Shown one piece after another: positions 1 to 8,170 of a DNA stretch of 15,187 bases (within the stretch, counting starts at the first letter, position 1; every line of letters starts with the position of its first letter). The stretch comes from Ignavibacteriales bacterium. Lineage in GTDB: Bacteria; Bacteroidota; Ignavibacteria; UBA10030; UBA6906. Made by a program: the position numbers and the translations under genes. A model generated the notes under the pieces. It saw only the letters and a list, made by a program, of their open reading frames with translations, was not told where the DNA came from and did not search any database. The stretch lies in NCBI GenBank assembly GCA_037441705.1, contig JBBIRR010000065.1, positions 1 through 15,187 on the forward strand, given 5' to 3'.

Positions 1-23
1 GACGCACGGATCGGAACATGATA

Positions 24-203
24 AGGTCGCCCCGATGGGGCTTGCGCGATGTCTTTGCCGTTGAGTTCTACAAACAGTGCCGCTCCTACGGAGCGGATGG
101 TGCACTTCAAGCCTCACGCTGTTCACACAGAGAGTCCCGTAGGGACGACCTGTTTGTAGCAATAGCATTTCCCCGAAGAACAGAAGCCCCGTAGGGGCGA
201 CCT
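24..203. repeat. Cluster of four REP-like palindromes in nested inverted arrangement (A B ... B' A')
   Basis: aggtcgccccgatggggctt (24-43) is a near reverse complement of aagccccgtaggggcgacct (184-203). ctacaaacag...gctcctacggagc (68-94) mirrors agtcccgtagggacgacctgtttgtag (133-159). Each unit carries a small hairpin. Confidence 0.8.
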
Positions 204-250
204 GTTGTCAGCACGACACAATGGGCTGGTGTGATGATACAGGTGCTTTT

Positions 251-384
251 GCGTTAGGCGGCCGGAGGGTGCCCGCCGCTTTGAGGCGGGCAGTGCTGAG
301 CGCTGTTCAGCGAAGCACCGAAGCGACAGCGAAGCCCGCAGGACGCCGACGGCGCTGCGAAGCGCTTAGCGCCGGAACGCCCAA
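251..384. repeat. 134-bp structured dispersed element, copy 1 (MITE/ncRNA-like)
   Basis: Reverse complement of 6598-6731 with one mismatch. Internal hairpins (tgcccgcc...ggcgggca; ggcgct...agcgcc) and complementary ends. Confidence 0.9.
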
Positions 385-512
385 TTCCCTACAGCCGGCG
401 CACAACTGCGCGCGCTCGATGTGCCTTGCTGTTCTCACCATATTTCGGTAACCTTCAACCGTCCTTTTCGTACTACCGAGCACACTTCTCTTCACAATCT
501 CAGGAGTCGGTT

Positions 513-1883
513 ATGAAACGTACCGTTCTTGGTGCGGTTCTCTGCGCGGCGCTTGCTGGCATGTCGTGGGCGCAGGAGGTACGCATCGCTGTGCCGTACA
601 CGCGGTTTGTTCTGCCCAACGGTTTGAACGTGATCGTTCACGAAGATCACTCGACGCCGACGGTGGCGGTGAATGTGTACTACCACGTCGGCTCGGGACG
701 CGAGAAGCCGGGGCGCACGGGGTTTGCGCATTTGTTCGAACACATTATGTTTGAAGGATCGAAGAATGTGCCGGAGGGAAAGTTCGATCAATGGCTCGAA
801 GCGGCGGGCGGCAACAACAACGGGTCGACGAATTTCGACCGCACGAACTATTTTGAAACGGTGCCGAGCAACGCGCTGGAGCTTGCGCTGTTTCTCGAAT
901 CCGACCGCATGGGGTATCTGCTCGATGCCATGTCGCCGAAGAAAGTGGACGGCCAGCGCGACGTGGTGAAGAACGAGCGCCGCCAGTCCTACGAGAACCG
1001 TCCCTACGGCATGGCGTTCATCAAGATTGTGGAGCATCTCTATCCGAAAGGGCATCCGTACTCGTGGCCGACGATCGGCTCAATGCGCGACCTCAGCGCC
1101 GCAAGCTACAAGGATGTGGTGGATTTTTTCAAGACGTGGTACGTGCCGAACAACGCCTCGCTGGTGATTGCGGGTGATGTTACCGCGGCAGCAGCGCGGC
1201 GGCTGGTGGAGAAATGGTTTACCGAAATTCCGCGCGGCAAACCCGTTCCTCCGATCGCTCCGGCGGCGGCATTTCTGAACGAAGAGAAGCGCTTGCTGAT
1301 GGAGGATAACGTTCAGCTTCCGCGACTGTACATGTGCTGGCACACGCCGCCCGTCTTTACCGGCATGGATGCGACGAACGACATTCTGGCGAGTGTTCTG
1401 GCCGCCGGCAAGAACTCGCGTCTGTACAGGCGACTCGTGTATGAACTGCAGATTGCGCAGTCTGTGAACGCTGCGAATTACTCCGGCATGCTGGGTTCCA
1501 TCTTCTGGATTGACGCAACGGCGCGGGAGGGGCACACGCTGAAGGAGCTTGAAGCGGTGATTGGTGAAGAGTTGAACAAGATCAAACAGGAGCCGCCGAC
1601 GCTGCGCGAGGTGCAGCGCGCCGTCAATCAGTACGAAGCAAGTTTCCTCGCGCGCCTGGAAAGCGTGGAGGACAAGGCGGACATCCTCAACAACTACTAT
1701 CACCTTACCGGCAACCCCGATTTTTTTCAGGAGGATCTTTCGCGGTACAAGGCCGTTGACCCGACGGATGTGACGGCCGCCGCGCAGAGCTTTCTCAGCG
1801 ACGACCGCCGGCTTGTGCTGAGTATTGTGCCGAAAGGAAAAAAGAATCTCGCGGCCATATTCTCGCAGGAGGTGAGAAAATGA
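513..1883 (+). CDS. M16B (pitrilysin/insulinase family) zinc peptidase, catalytic subunit, secreted
   Basis: HLFEH (HxxEH) motif, GxAH context, NGST and downstream Glu. AGGAG at 502-506 precedes ATG 513. Sec-type signal MKRTVLGAVLCAALAGMSWA|Q. Confidence 0.93.
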   Translation: MKRTVLGAVLCAALAGMSWAQEVRIAVPYTRFVLPNGLNVIVHEDHSTPTVAVNVYYHVGSGREKPGRTGFAHLFEHIMFEGSKNVPEGKFDQWLEAAGGNNNGSTNFDRTNYFETVPSNALELALFLESDRMGYLLDAMSPKKVDGQRDVVKNERRQSYENRPYGMAFIKIVEHLYPKGHPYSWPTIGSMRDLSAASYKDVVDFFKTWYVPNNASLVIAGDVTAAAARRLVEKWFTEIPRGKPVPPIAPAAAFLNEEKRLLMEDNVQLPRLYMCWHTPPVFTGMDATNDILASVLAAGKNSRLYRRLVYELQIAQSVNAANYSGMLGSIFWIDATAREGHTLKELEAVIGEELNKIKQEPPTLREVQRAVNQYEASFLARLESVEDKADILNNYYHLTGNPDFFQEDLSRYKAVDPTDVTAAAQSFLSDDRRLVLSIVPKGKKNLAAIFSQEVRK

Positions 1884-3340
1884 AGCGGGTGAGTTTGTTG
1901 CTTGTCTTGATGATCTATCATGCGTTGTTTGTCTTAGGTGACGCGCGGGCGCAGAAACCTGACCGCAGCAAGCCGCCCGAGCTTGGCCCGCCGCCGGCGT
2001 TGCAGCTTCCGCGGATTCAGCGCTTCACGCTTGCCAACGGACTGGAAGTGGTGATGATGGAAAAACATCAGGTGCCGCTGGTACAAGTCAACCTGCTGGT
2101 ACGCGCGGGAACGGCACACGACCCGGAAGGCAAGCGCGGTCTTGCCAGCATGACCGCGGCGATGATGAATGAAGGCGCGGGCGACCGCGATGCACTGGCA
2201 TTTGCGGACGCAGTGGACTTTCTCGGTGCAAGCATTTCCGTTACGGCCGGCATGCACACAACCACGGTGGCGCTGTTCACGCCGCTCAGCAAACTCGACT
2301 CGGCGCTCTCGTTGTTCGGCGATGTTGTGCTGCGGCCGCGTTTCCCGGCAGAAGAACTGGAGCGTAAGCGGCTCGAACGTCTCACGGCTCTACAGCAATG
2401 GCACGATGAGCCGCGCATCATTGCCTCGAATCTCTTCAACAAGATTCTTTTCGGCCTCCGCCATCCTTACGGCCCGCCTGTGATGGGAGACGAACACGCC
2501 ATTCGTTCATTCACCGTGGATGATCTCCGCGGTTTCTATTCTCTTTCGTTCTCTCCTGCGAACGCAGTGCTGATTGTTGTGGGCGACGTAACGCAAGCGA
2601 TGCTCGCTCCCAAACTTGAGTCCCTGCTCGGCGGTTGGAAAGGCGGCCCGCCTTTCACCAAGCCCTGGCCGCCGGCGCAGCAGGTGGAGTCCAGAAAGAT
2701 TTACCTTGTGGACAAACCCGACGCCCCTCAGTCGGTCATCCGGATCGGGCGCATCGGTGTTGCCCGCAGGACGGAAGACTACTACGCCATTACGGTCATG
2801 AACACCGTCCTCGGCGGGTCGTTCACGTCGCGGCTCAACAACAATCTGCGCGAGCAGCACGGCTACTCCTATGGTGCCGGCTCGCGGTTCAACTTCATGC
2901 CTCTCCCCGGTGCGTTCATGGCATTCTCGGATGTGCATGCCGAGGTGACGGATAAAGCGCTGAACGAGTTCATGAAGGAACTGCGCGGCATCGCCTCCAT
3001 CACCGACGAAGAGCTTGAACGAGCGAAGAAGTACCTTGCGCTCAGCTACCCGAGCGAGTTCCAATCGGTTGGAGCAATTGCCGGCGCGCTCGCCGAAGTG
3101 GTCATCTACGATCTCCCCGACGATTACTTCAATACGTACACGTCGCGCATCCTTGCCGTAACCAAACAGGAGGTGGAGCGTGCTGCCCGAACCTATATTG
3201 ATCCGGACAAGATCGCTATTGTCGTGGTGGGCGATCGAAAGAAAATAGAAAAGGGCATCGCGTCACTCGGCCTCGGACCGATCGAGAATCTTTCCATTGA
3301 AGATGTGCTCGGCAAGCCGCCGGTGATCGAGAAGAAATGA
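1880..3340 (+). CDS. M16B peptidase non-catalytic partner subunit, secreted
   Basis: M16 fold motifs (LANGLEV, NAVLIVVGD, SRLNNNLREQHGYSY with the R/Y pair). HxxEH is replaced by SMTAAMM. ATGA overlap with the upstream gene; signal peptide ends ARA|Q. Confidence 0.92.
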   Translation: MKRVSLLLVLMIYHALFVLGDARAQKPDRSKPPELGPPPALQLPRIQRFTLANGLEVVMMEKHQVPLVQVNLLVRAGTAHDPEGKRGLASMTAAMMNEGAGDRDALAFADAVDFLGASISVTAGMHTTTVALFTPLSKLDSALSLFGDVVLRPRFPAEELERKRLERLTALQQWHDEPRIIASNLFNKILFGLRHPYGPPVMGDEHAIRSFTVDDLRGFYSLSFSPANAVLIVVGDVTQAMLAPKLESLLGGWKGGPPFTKPWPPAQQVESRKIYLVDKPDAPQSVIRIGRIGVARRTEDYYAITVMNTVLGGSFTSRLNNNLREQHGYSYGAGSRFNFMPLPGAFMAFSDVHAEVTDKALNEFMKELRGIASITDEELERAKKYLALSYPSEFQSVGAIAGALAEVVIYDLPDDYFNTYTSRILAVTKQEVERAARTYIDPDKIAIVVVGDRKKIEKGIASLGLGPIENLSIEDVLGKPPVIEKK

Positions 3341-3470
3341 AGAGGGAGGAGGAATGTGGAGCGGTAGAGCCGGGCTCGAAGTTCGGGATTCGGGTTGAGA
3401 TGCGGTTGTGGACCCCTCGCGCCGGATATGTGTGCCGTAACGGAAGGGCGGGGACTGTGCGGCTCCCGGT

Positions 3471-3564
3471 TCACTCCGTCACGATGCGACGGATGTGACA
3501 ACGCAAACAATTTGTATCCCGACCTTGAAAGGTCGGGCTATGGTCATGAGGTCACTCCGTGACC
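3471..3564. repeat. Hairpin cluster (REP-like; could also act as terminator between convergent operons)
   Basis: cccgacctt-ga-aaggtcggg (3518-3537), ggtcac-tcc-gtgacc (3550-3564), tcactccgtc...gacggatgtga (3471-3498). Confidence 0.6.
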
Positions 3565-3600
3565 CGCGATCGCGCACGTGCAGACTGTGCTTGCCTACAC

Positions 3601-3760
3601 CGTCATGCTGACCGACGTCACGATGCTTTCTGTCGTGACGGAGTCGAAGCATGATTAGCGCCTGCCGGGGACTGGCGCCGTGGTTACTTCGAGAGATTGC
3701 GCGGAACACCCTTCGACTCCGTCCCGCCTGAAAAACGGCGGGACTGCGCTCAGGGTGACG
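3601..3760. repeat. Inverted pair of CGTC-tagged REP-like palindromes
   Basis: cgtcatgctga...ggagtcgaagcatg (3601-3653) and, on the minus strand, cgtcaccctgag...ggagtcgaagggtg (3760-3707). Same architecture with different but base-paired stems. Confidence 0.8.
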
Positions 3761-3807
3761 CGACAGAACCAGCGCCCGCCAAAATCGTTGGCTGTGTGCG
3801 ATGGAAA

Positions 3808-3964
3808 GATTCAATCGAAGGGGTTACGTTTCGGTGAAGGTGCACATTGCGTTCGGACTGCTACAGACTCTCCCACCGAAACGTACGGCACGCGGGCGGC
3901 GATTGAATCGTGCGTTACGATTTTGGATGTTCTCTTGGTTACTTCTCTTCCAAAGAGAAGTAAC
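3808..3964. repeat. Long imperfect inverted repeat followed by a perfect 12-bp stem-loop
   Basis: gattcaatcg 3808-3817 pairs with cgattgaatc 3900-3909; tacgtttcggtg 3825-3836 pairs with caccgaaacgta 3874-3885; gttacttctctt-cca-aagagaagtaac at 3938-3964. Confidence 0.7.
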
Positions 3965-3991
3965 AACAAGTGACGGGTTGGGCGTGGGGTT

Positions 3992-4064
3992 CGGGATGCA
4001 AGACTGAGGATTCTGGTGGCACTCGATCTGGATTCTTCGCTCGCTGCGCTCGCTCAGAATGACG
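3992..4064 (-). repeat. CGTC-tagged REP-like unit with tail, inverted homologue of 6975-7050
   Basis: Minus strand cgtcattctgagc...gcgaagaatccagatcgag...gaatcctcagtcttgcatcc aligns with plus strand cgtgattctgagc...gcgaagaatccagaacgag...gaatcctgaatctagcatcc. Confidence 0.75.
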
Positions 4065-4198
4065 GTGCCGGCGGTGTACGGTGTACGCCGCGTCCGCACG
4101 GCACGCGCTTCCACTTCGTCTCGCCTGAGAACTCATCGAAGTAGAGTTGCCCTCCAGACAACGTTAACCCCCGTTGAATCGGAAAGTCGCCCTGCCGC

Positions 4199-5128
4199 TC
4201 AATCCTCGCCCTTTGTTCGGTAGTACTCACTCATGAGCACCCCCAAGGCAATCGAGAGGAGCTTCGCGTCGGCTTTGTCCGCGCGAGAAGGAATGAGTAT
4301 CGGCACTTTGCCGCCGACAATCACGTGCGCGAGGCGCAGCCCCGCAAAGTACGTCGTACTTTTGGCAAGACTGTTGGCCGATTCGATGTTCGCGGCGATG
4401 AGAATCTCCGCGCGTCCGGCAACGGGCGAGGCAATCGCCTTCTCCGCCGCGGCTTCCGGTGAAATGGCGTTATCCAGCGCAAACGGTCCATCCACAACGC
4501 ATCCCTTGATCTGCCCGCGCTCGTTCATCTTCGAAAGCGCCGCCGCGTCGAGTGTGGACTGGAGGCTCGGCACGACGAATTCCGTTGCCGAAAGCACCGC
4601 CACCTTCGGATTGGGATTCCCGAGCGCGTGGGCGACTTCCACCGCATTGTTGATCAGTTCCACTTTGTTCTTCAGGTCCGGGGCGAGCGTCATGCCGCCG
4701 TCGGTAATCATCACGAACTTGTTCTCCGTGCGGCGCGGAAATTCGAGAATAAAAATATCGCTCAGCAGTCGCCCCGTGCGGACGCCCGAGTCCGGCTGCA
4801 AGACCGCTTTCATCATCGTGGAGGTATCTACGCCTCCCTTCATTAAAATGTCGCACCGTCCCTGACGCACGAGAGCGATCGACGCGTCGAGTGCCTCGGC
4901 CATCGACGCGTGATGAAGAACGTTGAACGGTTTGCGTGTCTCTCCCATCTCGGCCATCTTCCGCTCGATCACCCCCTCATCGCCGACAAGCGTGAACTGC
5001 GCCAGCGCCCGTTCGCACGCATCATACACCGCCTGCAGCGTCTCGACATTGTTCGGGTAGACGACCACAACCCGTTTCCCTTTATGCCGCAGAGCAGCTT
5101 CAAGCAACTGCTCAAAATTCTGAATCAT
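4199..5128 (-). CDS. ptb: Phosphate butyryltransferase / phosphate acyltransferase (PTA/PTB family)
   Basis: Motifs ILMKG, PKVAVLSATE, VDGPFALDNAIS, VPILIPSRAD. Directly downstream of butyrate kinase; AAGGGG RBS-like sequence upstream. Confidence 0.92.
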   Translation of the reverse strand: MIQNFEQLLEAALRHKGKRVVVVYPNNVETLQAVYDACERALAQFTLVGDEGVIERKMAEMGETRKPFNVLHHASMAEALDASIALVRQGRCDILMKGGVDTSTMMKAVLQPDSGVRTGRLLSDIFILEFPRRTENKFVMITDGGMTLAPDLKNKVELINNAVEVAHALGNPNPKVAVLSATEFVVPSLQSTLDAAALSKMNERGQIKGCVVDGPFALDNAISPEAAAEKAIASPVAGRAEILIAANIESANSLAKSTTYFAGLRLAHVIVGGKVPILIPSRADKADAKLLSIALGVLMSEYYRTKGED

Positions 5129-5174
5129 AACCTACCCCTTTATGAGTAACAAAGGACGCAACCACCCACAACCC

Positions 5175-5368
5175 CATCACTCCATCATTCCATTACTCCA
5201 TCATTCTCCATCATTCCATTACTCCATCATTCCATCACTCTATCACTCCATCATTCCATCATTCCATCACTCCATTACTCCATCATTCCATCACTCCATT
5301 ACTCCATCATTCCATCACTCCATTACTCCATCACTCCATCACTCCATCACTCCATCACTCCACCACTC
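5175..5368. repeat. Tandem array of 24 8-bp units (catcactc/catcattc/cattactc)
   Basis: Counted directly: 23 octamers plus one 10-mer = 194 bp. A higher-order 24-bp triplet repeats three times at 5257-5328. Confidence 0.97.
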
Positions 5369-6419
5369 AATACACCTTCGCCCGCTCTTCACCGCGCAGC
5401 ACCCGCAGCGCGCCGAGCGCAAGAGCCGTCATCTCATCCTCGCCCGGATACAGCAGAACCGGAGCGATGAACCGAACGCGCTCGGCGATCCAGTTCGTCA
5501 GCAGCGTCGAGTGCGCCGCGCCGCCCGTCAGCACAACGGCATCCACCTTGCCGTGCAGCACCGTTGCCATCGCGCCGATCTCCTTGGCAATCTGATACGC
5601 CATCGCCTCGTACACTTCGCGCGCATAAGCATCCCCCTGACCGATGCGCCGCTCAACCTCCTGCACGTCGTTCGTACCCAGATACGCCAGCAGCCCGCCC
5701 CGTGCCCGAACGAGATCGCGCAGCTCCCGTTCGGAATACTGGCCCGAGAAGCACAGCGAAATAAACTGCTGCAGCGGCAGACCGCCGGAGCGTTCGGGCG
5801 CAAACGGCCCATCGCTCGAAGCATCGTTCACGTCAATGATTTTTCCTCCGCGCAGCGGCGCTACCGATATGCCGCTCCCGAGGTGGCACACAACCAGGTG
5901 CAAGTCCTGCAGCGGCGCCCCCAGCTCACTCGCAGCGCGCCGCGCAGCGGCATGGATATTCAGCGCATGCGAGAGACTCCGTCGCTCGATCTGCGGAAGC
6001 CCCGAGTACCGCGCCAGCGGCTCGAACTCATTCACCGAAACGGGATCGACAACATACGCAGGGCAATCGAACGCACGCGCAAGCTCATGCGCAAGCGCGC
6101 AGCCTAAATTCGCCGCGTGTTCGCCCTGCACGTTGTTCCGCGCATCGGCAAGCATCGCGTCGTTCACCAGATACGTCCCACCCTCAACCGGTCGCAGAAG
6201 TCCGCCCCGCGCAACAACCGCCGAGAATCTCTCCTTGTGTTCCGCCGCCCATCGCCGGCACGCCTCCAGACGATAGGCAAATTGATCCCAGATGCACGCA
6301 TACTTCTGAAGCTCCGACGCCCCGTGCCTCAGCGTCGCAGCGTTCACAACGTGCTCGCCCACAGCAACGGCAAGCTTTGTCGAGGTTGCACCGGGATTGA
6401 TGACGAGGATGTGTTCCAT
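5367..6419 (-). CDS. buk: Butyrate kinase
   Basis: ILVINPGATSTK, ARGGLLRPVEGGTY, HAANLG, HALN, HLGSGIS, LTGG, YPGEDEM motifs. Start placed at MEHILVINPG (6419) rather than the ORF-track start at 6830. Confidence 0.95.
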   Translation of the reverse strand: MEHILVINPGATSTKLAVAVGEHVVNAATLRHGASELQKYACIWDQFAYRLEACRRWAAEHKERFSAVVARGGLLRPVEGGTYLVNDAMLADARNNVQGEHAANLGCALAHELARAFDCPAYVVDPVSVNEFEPLARYSGLPQIERRSLSHALNIHAAARRAASELGAPLQDLHLVVCHLGSGISVAPLRGGKIIDVNDASSDGPFAPERSGGLPLQQFISLCFSGQYSERELRDLVRARGGLLAYLGTNDVQEVERRIGQGDAYAREVYEAMAYQIAKEIGAMATVLHGKVDAVVLTGGAAHSTLLTNWIAERVRFIAPVLLYPGEDEMTALALGALRVLRGEERAKVY

Positions 6420-6597
6420 GGCTTTCGTGTGACAGAATCGCTCGGCGAATCCGCGTCGCTGATGGGTCAAGCTCTGTGCCACGCGCGCGCGGGGGATTTC
6501 AGCCGCAACAAGCTCAATCGCACAACACGCTGCCACACGAACGGCAGCGGAATCTGCATTTGTGGGAATAGACTTCTTATTCCTGAGATGAAAAAAG

Positions 6598-6731
6598 TTG
6601 GGCGTTCCGGCGCTAAGCGCTTCGCAGCGCCGTCGGCGTCCTGCGGGCTTCGCTGTCGCTTCGGTGCTTCGCTGAACAGCGCTCAGCACTGCCCGCCCCA
6701 AAGCGGCGGGCACCCTCCGGCCGCCTAACGC
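6598..6731. repeat. 134-bp structured dispersed element, copy 2 (inverted relative to copy 1)
   Basis: ttgggcgttccgg...ccggccgcctaacgc is the reverse complement of 251-384 (133/134 identical). Confidence 0.9.
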
Positions 6732-6974
6732 GCGCAGCTCAACCCTTCCAGCAGAACCGACATGCAACACGAATTCCAATTCGTGAACGAAGAAAAAACC
6801 GCCGTCATGACGCACGTGCCCTTCGTGCACCTTCGTGTTTGTTCGTGGAAAAAGAAACGCCGGACGAGAGTCCGGCGCTACACATGCCCCCGGGCGTTAC
6901 GGTTCAGCCGAATGCATCCTGTGCCGTGACGCCGCGGGTAGGCAAGAGGGCAACGCTGCCAATCCGACTCCCTC

Positions 6975-7064
6975 CGTGATTCTGAGCCTCGCTTCTCAGA
7001 GGCGAAGAATCCAGAACGAGAATCAACATGAATCCTGAATCTAGCATCCTGCATCCTGAATCTC
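6975..7064 (+). repeat. CGTC-family REP-like hairpin followed by five degenerate 7-mers (gaatcct/gcatcct)
   Basis: gattct-ga-gcctc...gaggc-ga-agaatc stem; 7-mer units at 7030-7064; lies immediately after the GT9 stop codon. Confidence 0.75.
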
Positions 7065-7069
7065 AAACC

Positions 7070-8107
7070 TCAAACCCCAATCATGCGCATCCCCAGTCGC
7101 CGAACGATCACGTCGGCGACATGCTCAACGGTAATCTCTTCTAAGGTGCATTTCTTGGGATCTCCGGGACAGCGATGCTGGCAGTAGCCCTCCGGAGGAA
7201 AGATGATCTGCGCGTCGTTACCTTGCGGACCCCACAGCGTGGGCGAAGCGCCCGACAGAGGCGAAAAAAGACTGATCGTGGGAACGCGCAGCGCGGCCGC
7301 CATGTGCATCGGTCCGGTGCTGGAAGAAAACAGAAAGCGCAGGTGAGTCAGTACACCCATCAGCTCGCGCAGCTTCAGTTTTGCGCGAAGGTCAAGCAGA
7401 CGTTTGCCGACAGGCAGCGGAGGTTGATTGGTGGTGTCCGTGAAGACGATCTTGACGTTCTCAGGAGTTTGGGCGAGGACGCGTTCGGCGAGTTCGCCGT
7501 AGCGGCGCCCCTCCCAATTCGGCGCCGAGTTGCCGTTGCTGATATGGAAGCCGAGCAGCGTGTCGCCCGGCTGCGCTCCAGCCTGGAGAAGAATCTCCCA
7601 TCCGTGGCGCCGTTCTTCGTCTGTGAGAAAAAGCTCGGTCGAGAGATCGTTCGAGCGCACGCCGATCTTGCGTCCGAGGTCGAGACAGTAGTCCGCCTCA
7701 TGACGCAGAGGGATGTACTTGTGGCGGCTGACGCCCCGCATTCCGGTGATCACGCCGTAAAACTTTGTGCCCACCCCGATGCGGCGAGGGATACCGGCAA
7801 AGAACAGCATCCACGCCGCTCGCTCGGTTGGATACAGCAGCAGCGCCGTGTCGTAGCGGCGGGTGCGCAGGGCTTTCACCTGCTTCCAGAAGCCGCTGCG
7901 ACCGGCGTGTGCTTCCTTAGGGTCGTCAACGAAAATATCGTTCACGTGAGGGTTGTGCAGCAGCAAGTCGCGTGCATACGGCTGCACCATCGCGCCGATG
8001 AACGCATCGGGGAAAGTCTGCCGCAGCGCGCGGATCAGCGGCGTGGCCAAAACCACGTCGCCGAGTCTATCGGTGCGGACAACAAGAATGCGGCGCGGCT
8101 TTCCCAT
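7070..8107 (-). CDS. Glycosyltransferase family 9 (ADP-heptose:LPS heptosyltransferase-like)
   Basis: N-terminal RILVVRTDRLGDVVLATPLIRALR and C-terminal SSTGPMHMAAALRVPTISLF are GT9 signatures. Confidence 0.92.
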   Translation of the reverse strand: MGKPRRILVVRTDRLGDVVLATPLIRALRQTFPDAFIGAMVQPYARDLLLHNPHVNDIFVDDPKEAHAGRSGFWKQVKALRTRRYDTALLLYPTERAAWMLFFAGIPRRIGVGTKFYGVITGMRGVSRHKYIPLRHEADYCLDLGRKIGVRSNDLSTELFLTDEERRHGWEILLQAGAQPGDTLLGFHISNGNSAPNWEGRRYGELAERVLAQTPENVKIVFTDTTNQPPLPVGKRLLDLRAKLKLRELMGVLTHLRFLFSSSTGPMHMAAALRVPTISLFSPLSGASPTLWGPQGNDAQIIFPPEGYCQHRCPGDPKKCTLEEITVEHVADVIVRRLGMRMIGV

Positions 8108-8170
8108 GGCGCATCAAGGTACGAACCACCGAGGAGAATTTCCAGAGCACGTACTTGCCGCCTGGAAGGC

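Noticed and set aside
251-384. Integron attC site (GTTAGGC and GCCCAAC-like ends)
   Set aside because: Core sites are in the inside-out order (GTTRRRY first, RYYYAAC last), the copies are inverted rather than direct, and there is no cassette array or integrase.
221-451. 76-aa ORF sharing a peptide with the N-terminal extension of the 5367..6830 ORF
   Set aside because: The shared peptide is just the translation of the 134-bp repeat; no protein family features.
426-512. Earlier start for the M16 peptidase
   Set aside because: The RBS and signal peptide support ATG 513.
5142-6107. 321-aa His/Ser-repeat ORF on the plus strand
   Set aside because: It is the translation of the tandem array plus the antisense shadow of buk.
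6420-6830. 137-aa N-terminal extension of butyrate kinase
   Set aside because: It runs through the repeat element; Buk homology starts at MEHILVINPG (6419).
6767-6850. Degenerate ttcgtg short repeats (similar degenerate motifs near 8591-8620)
   Set aside because: Too short and degenerate to define unit boundaries or a function.
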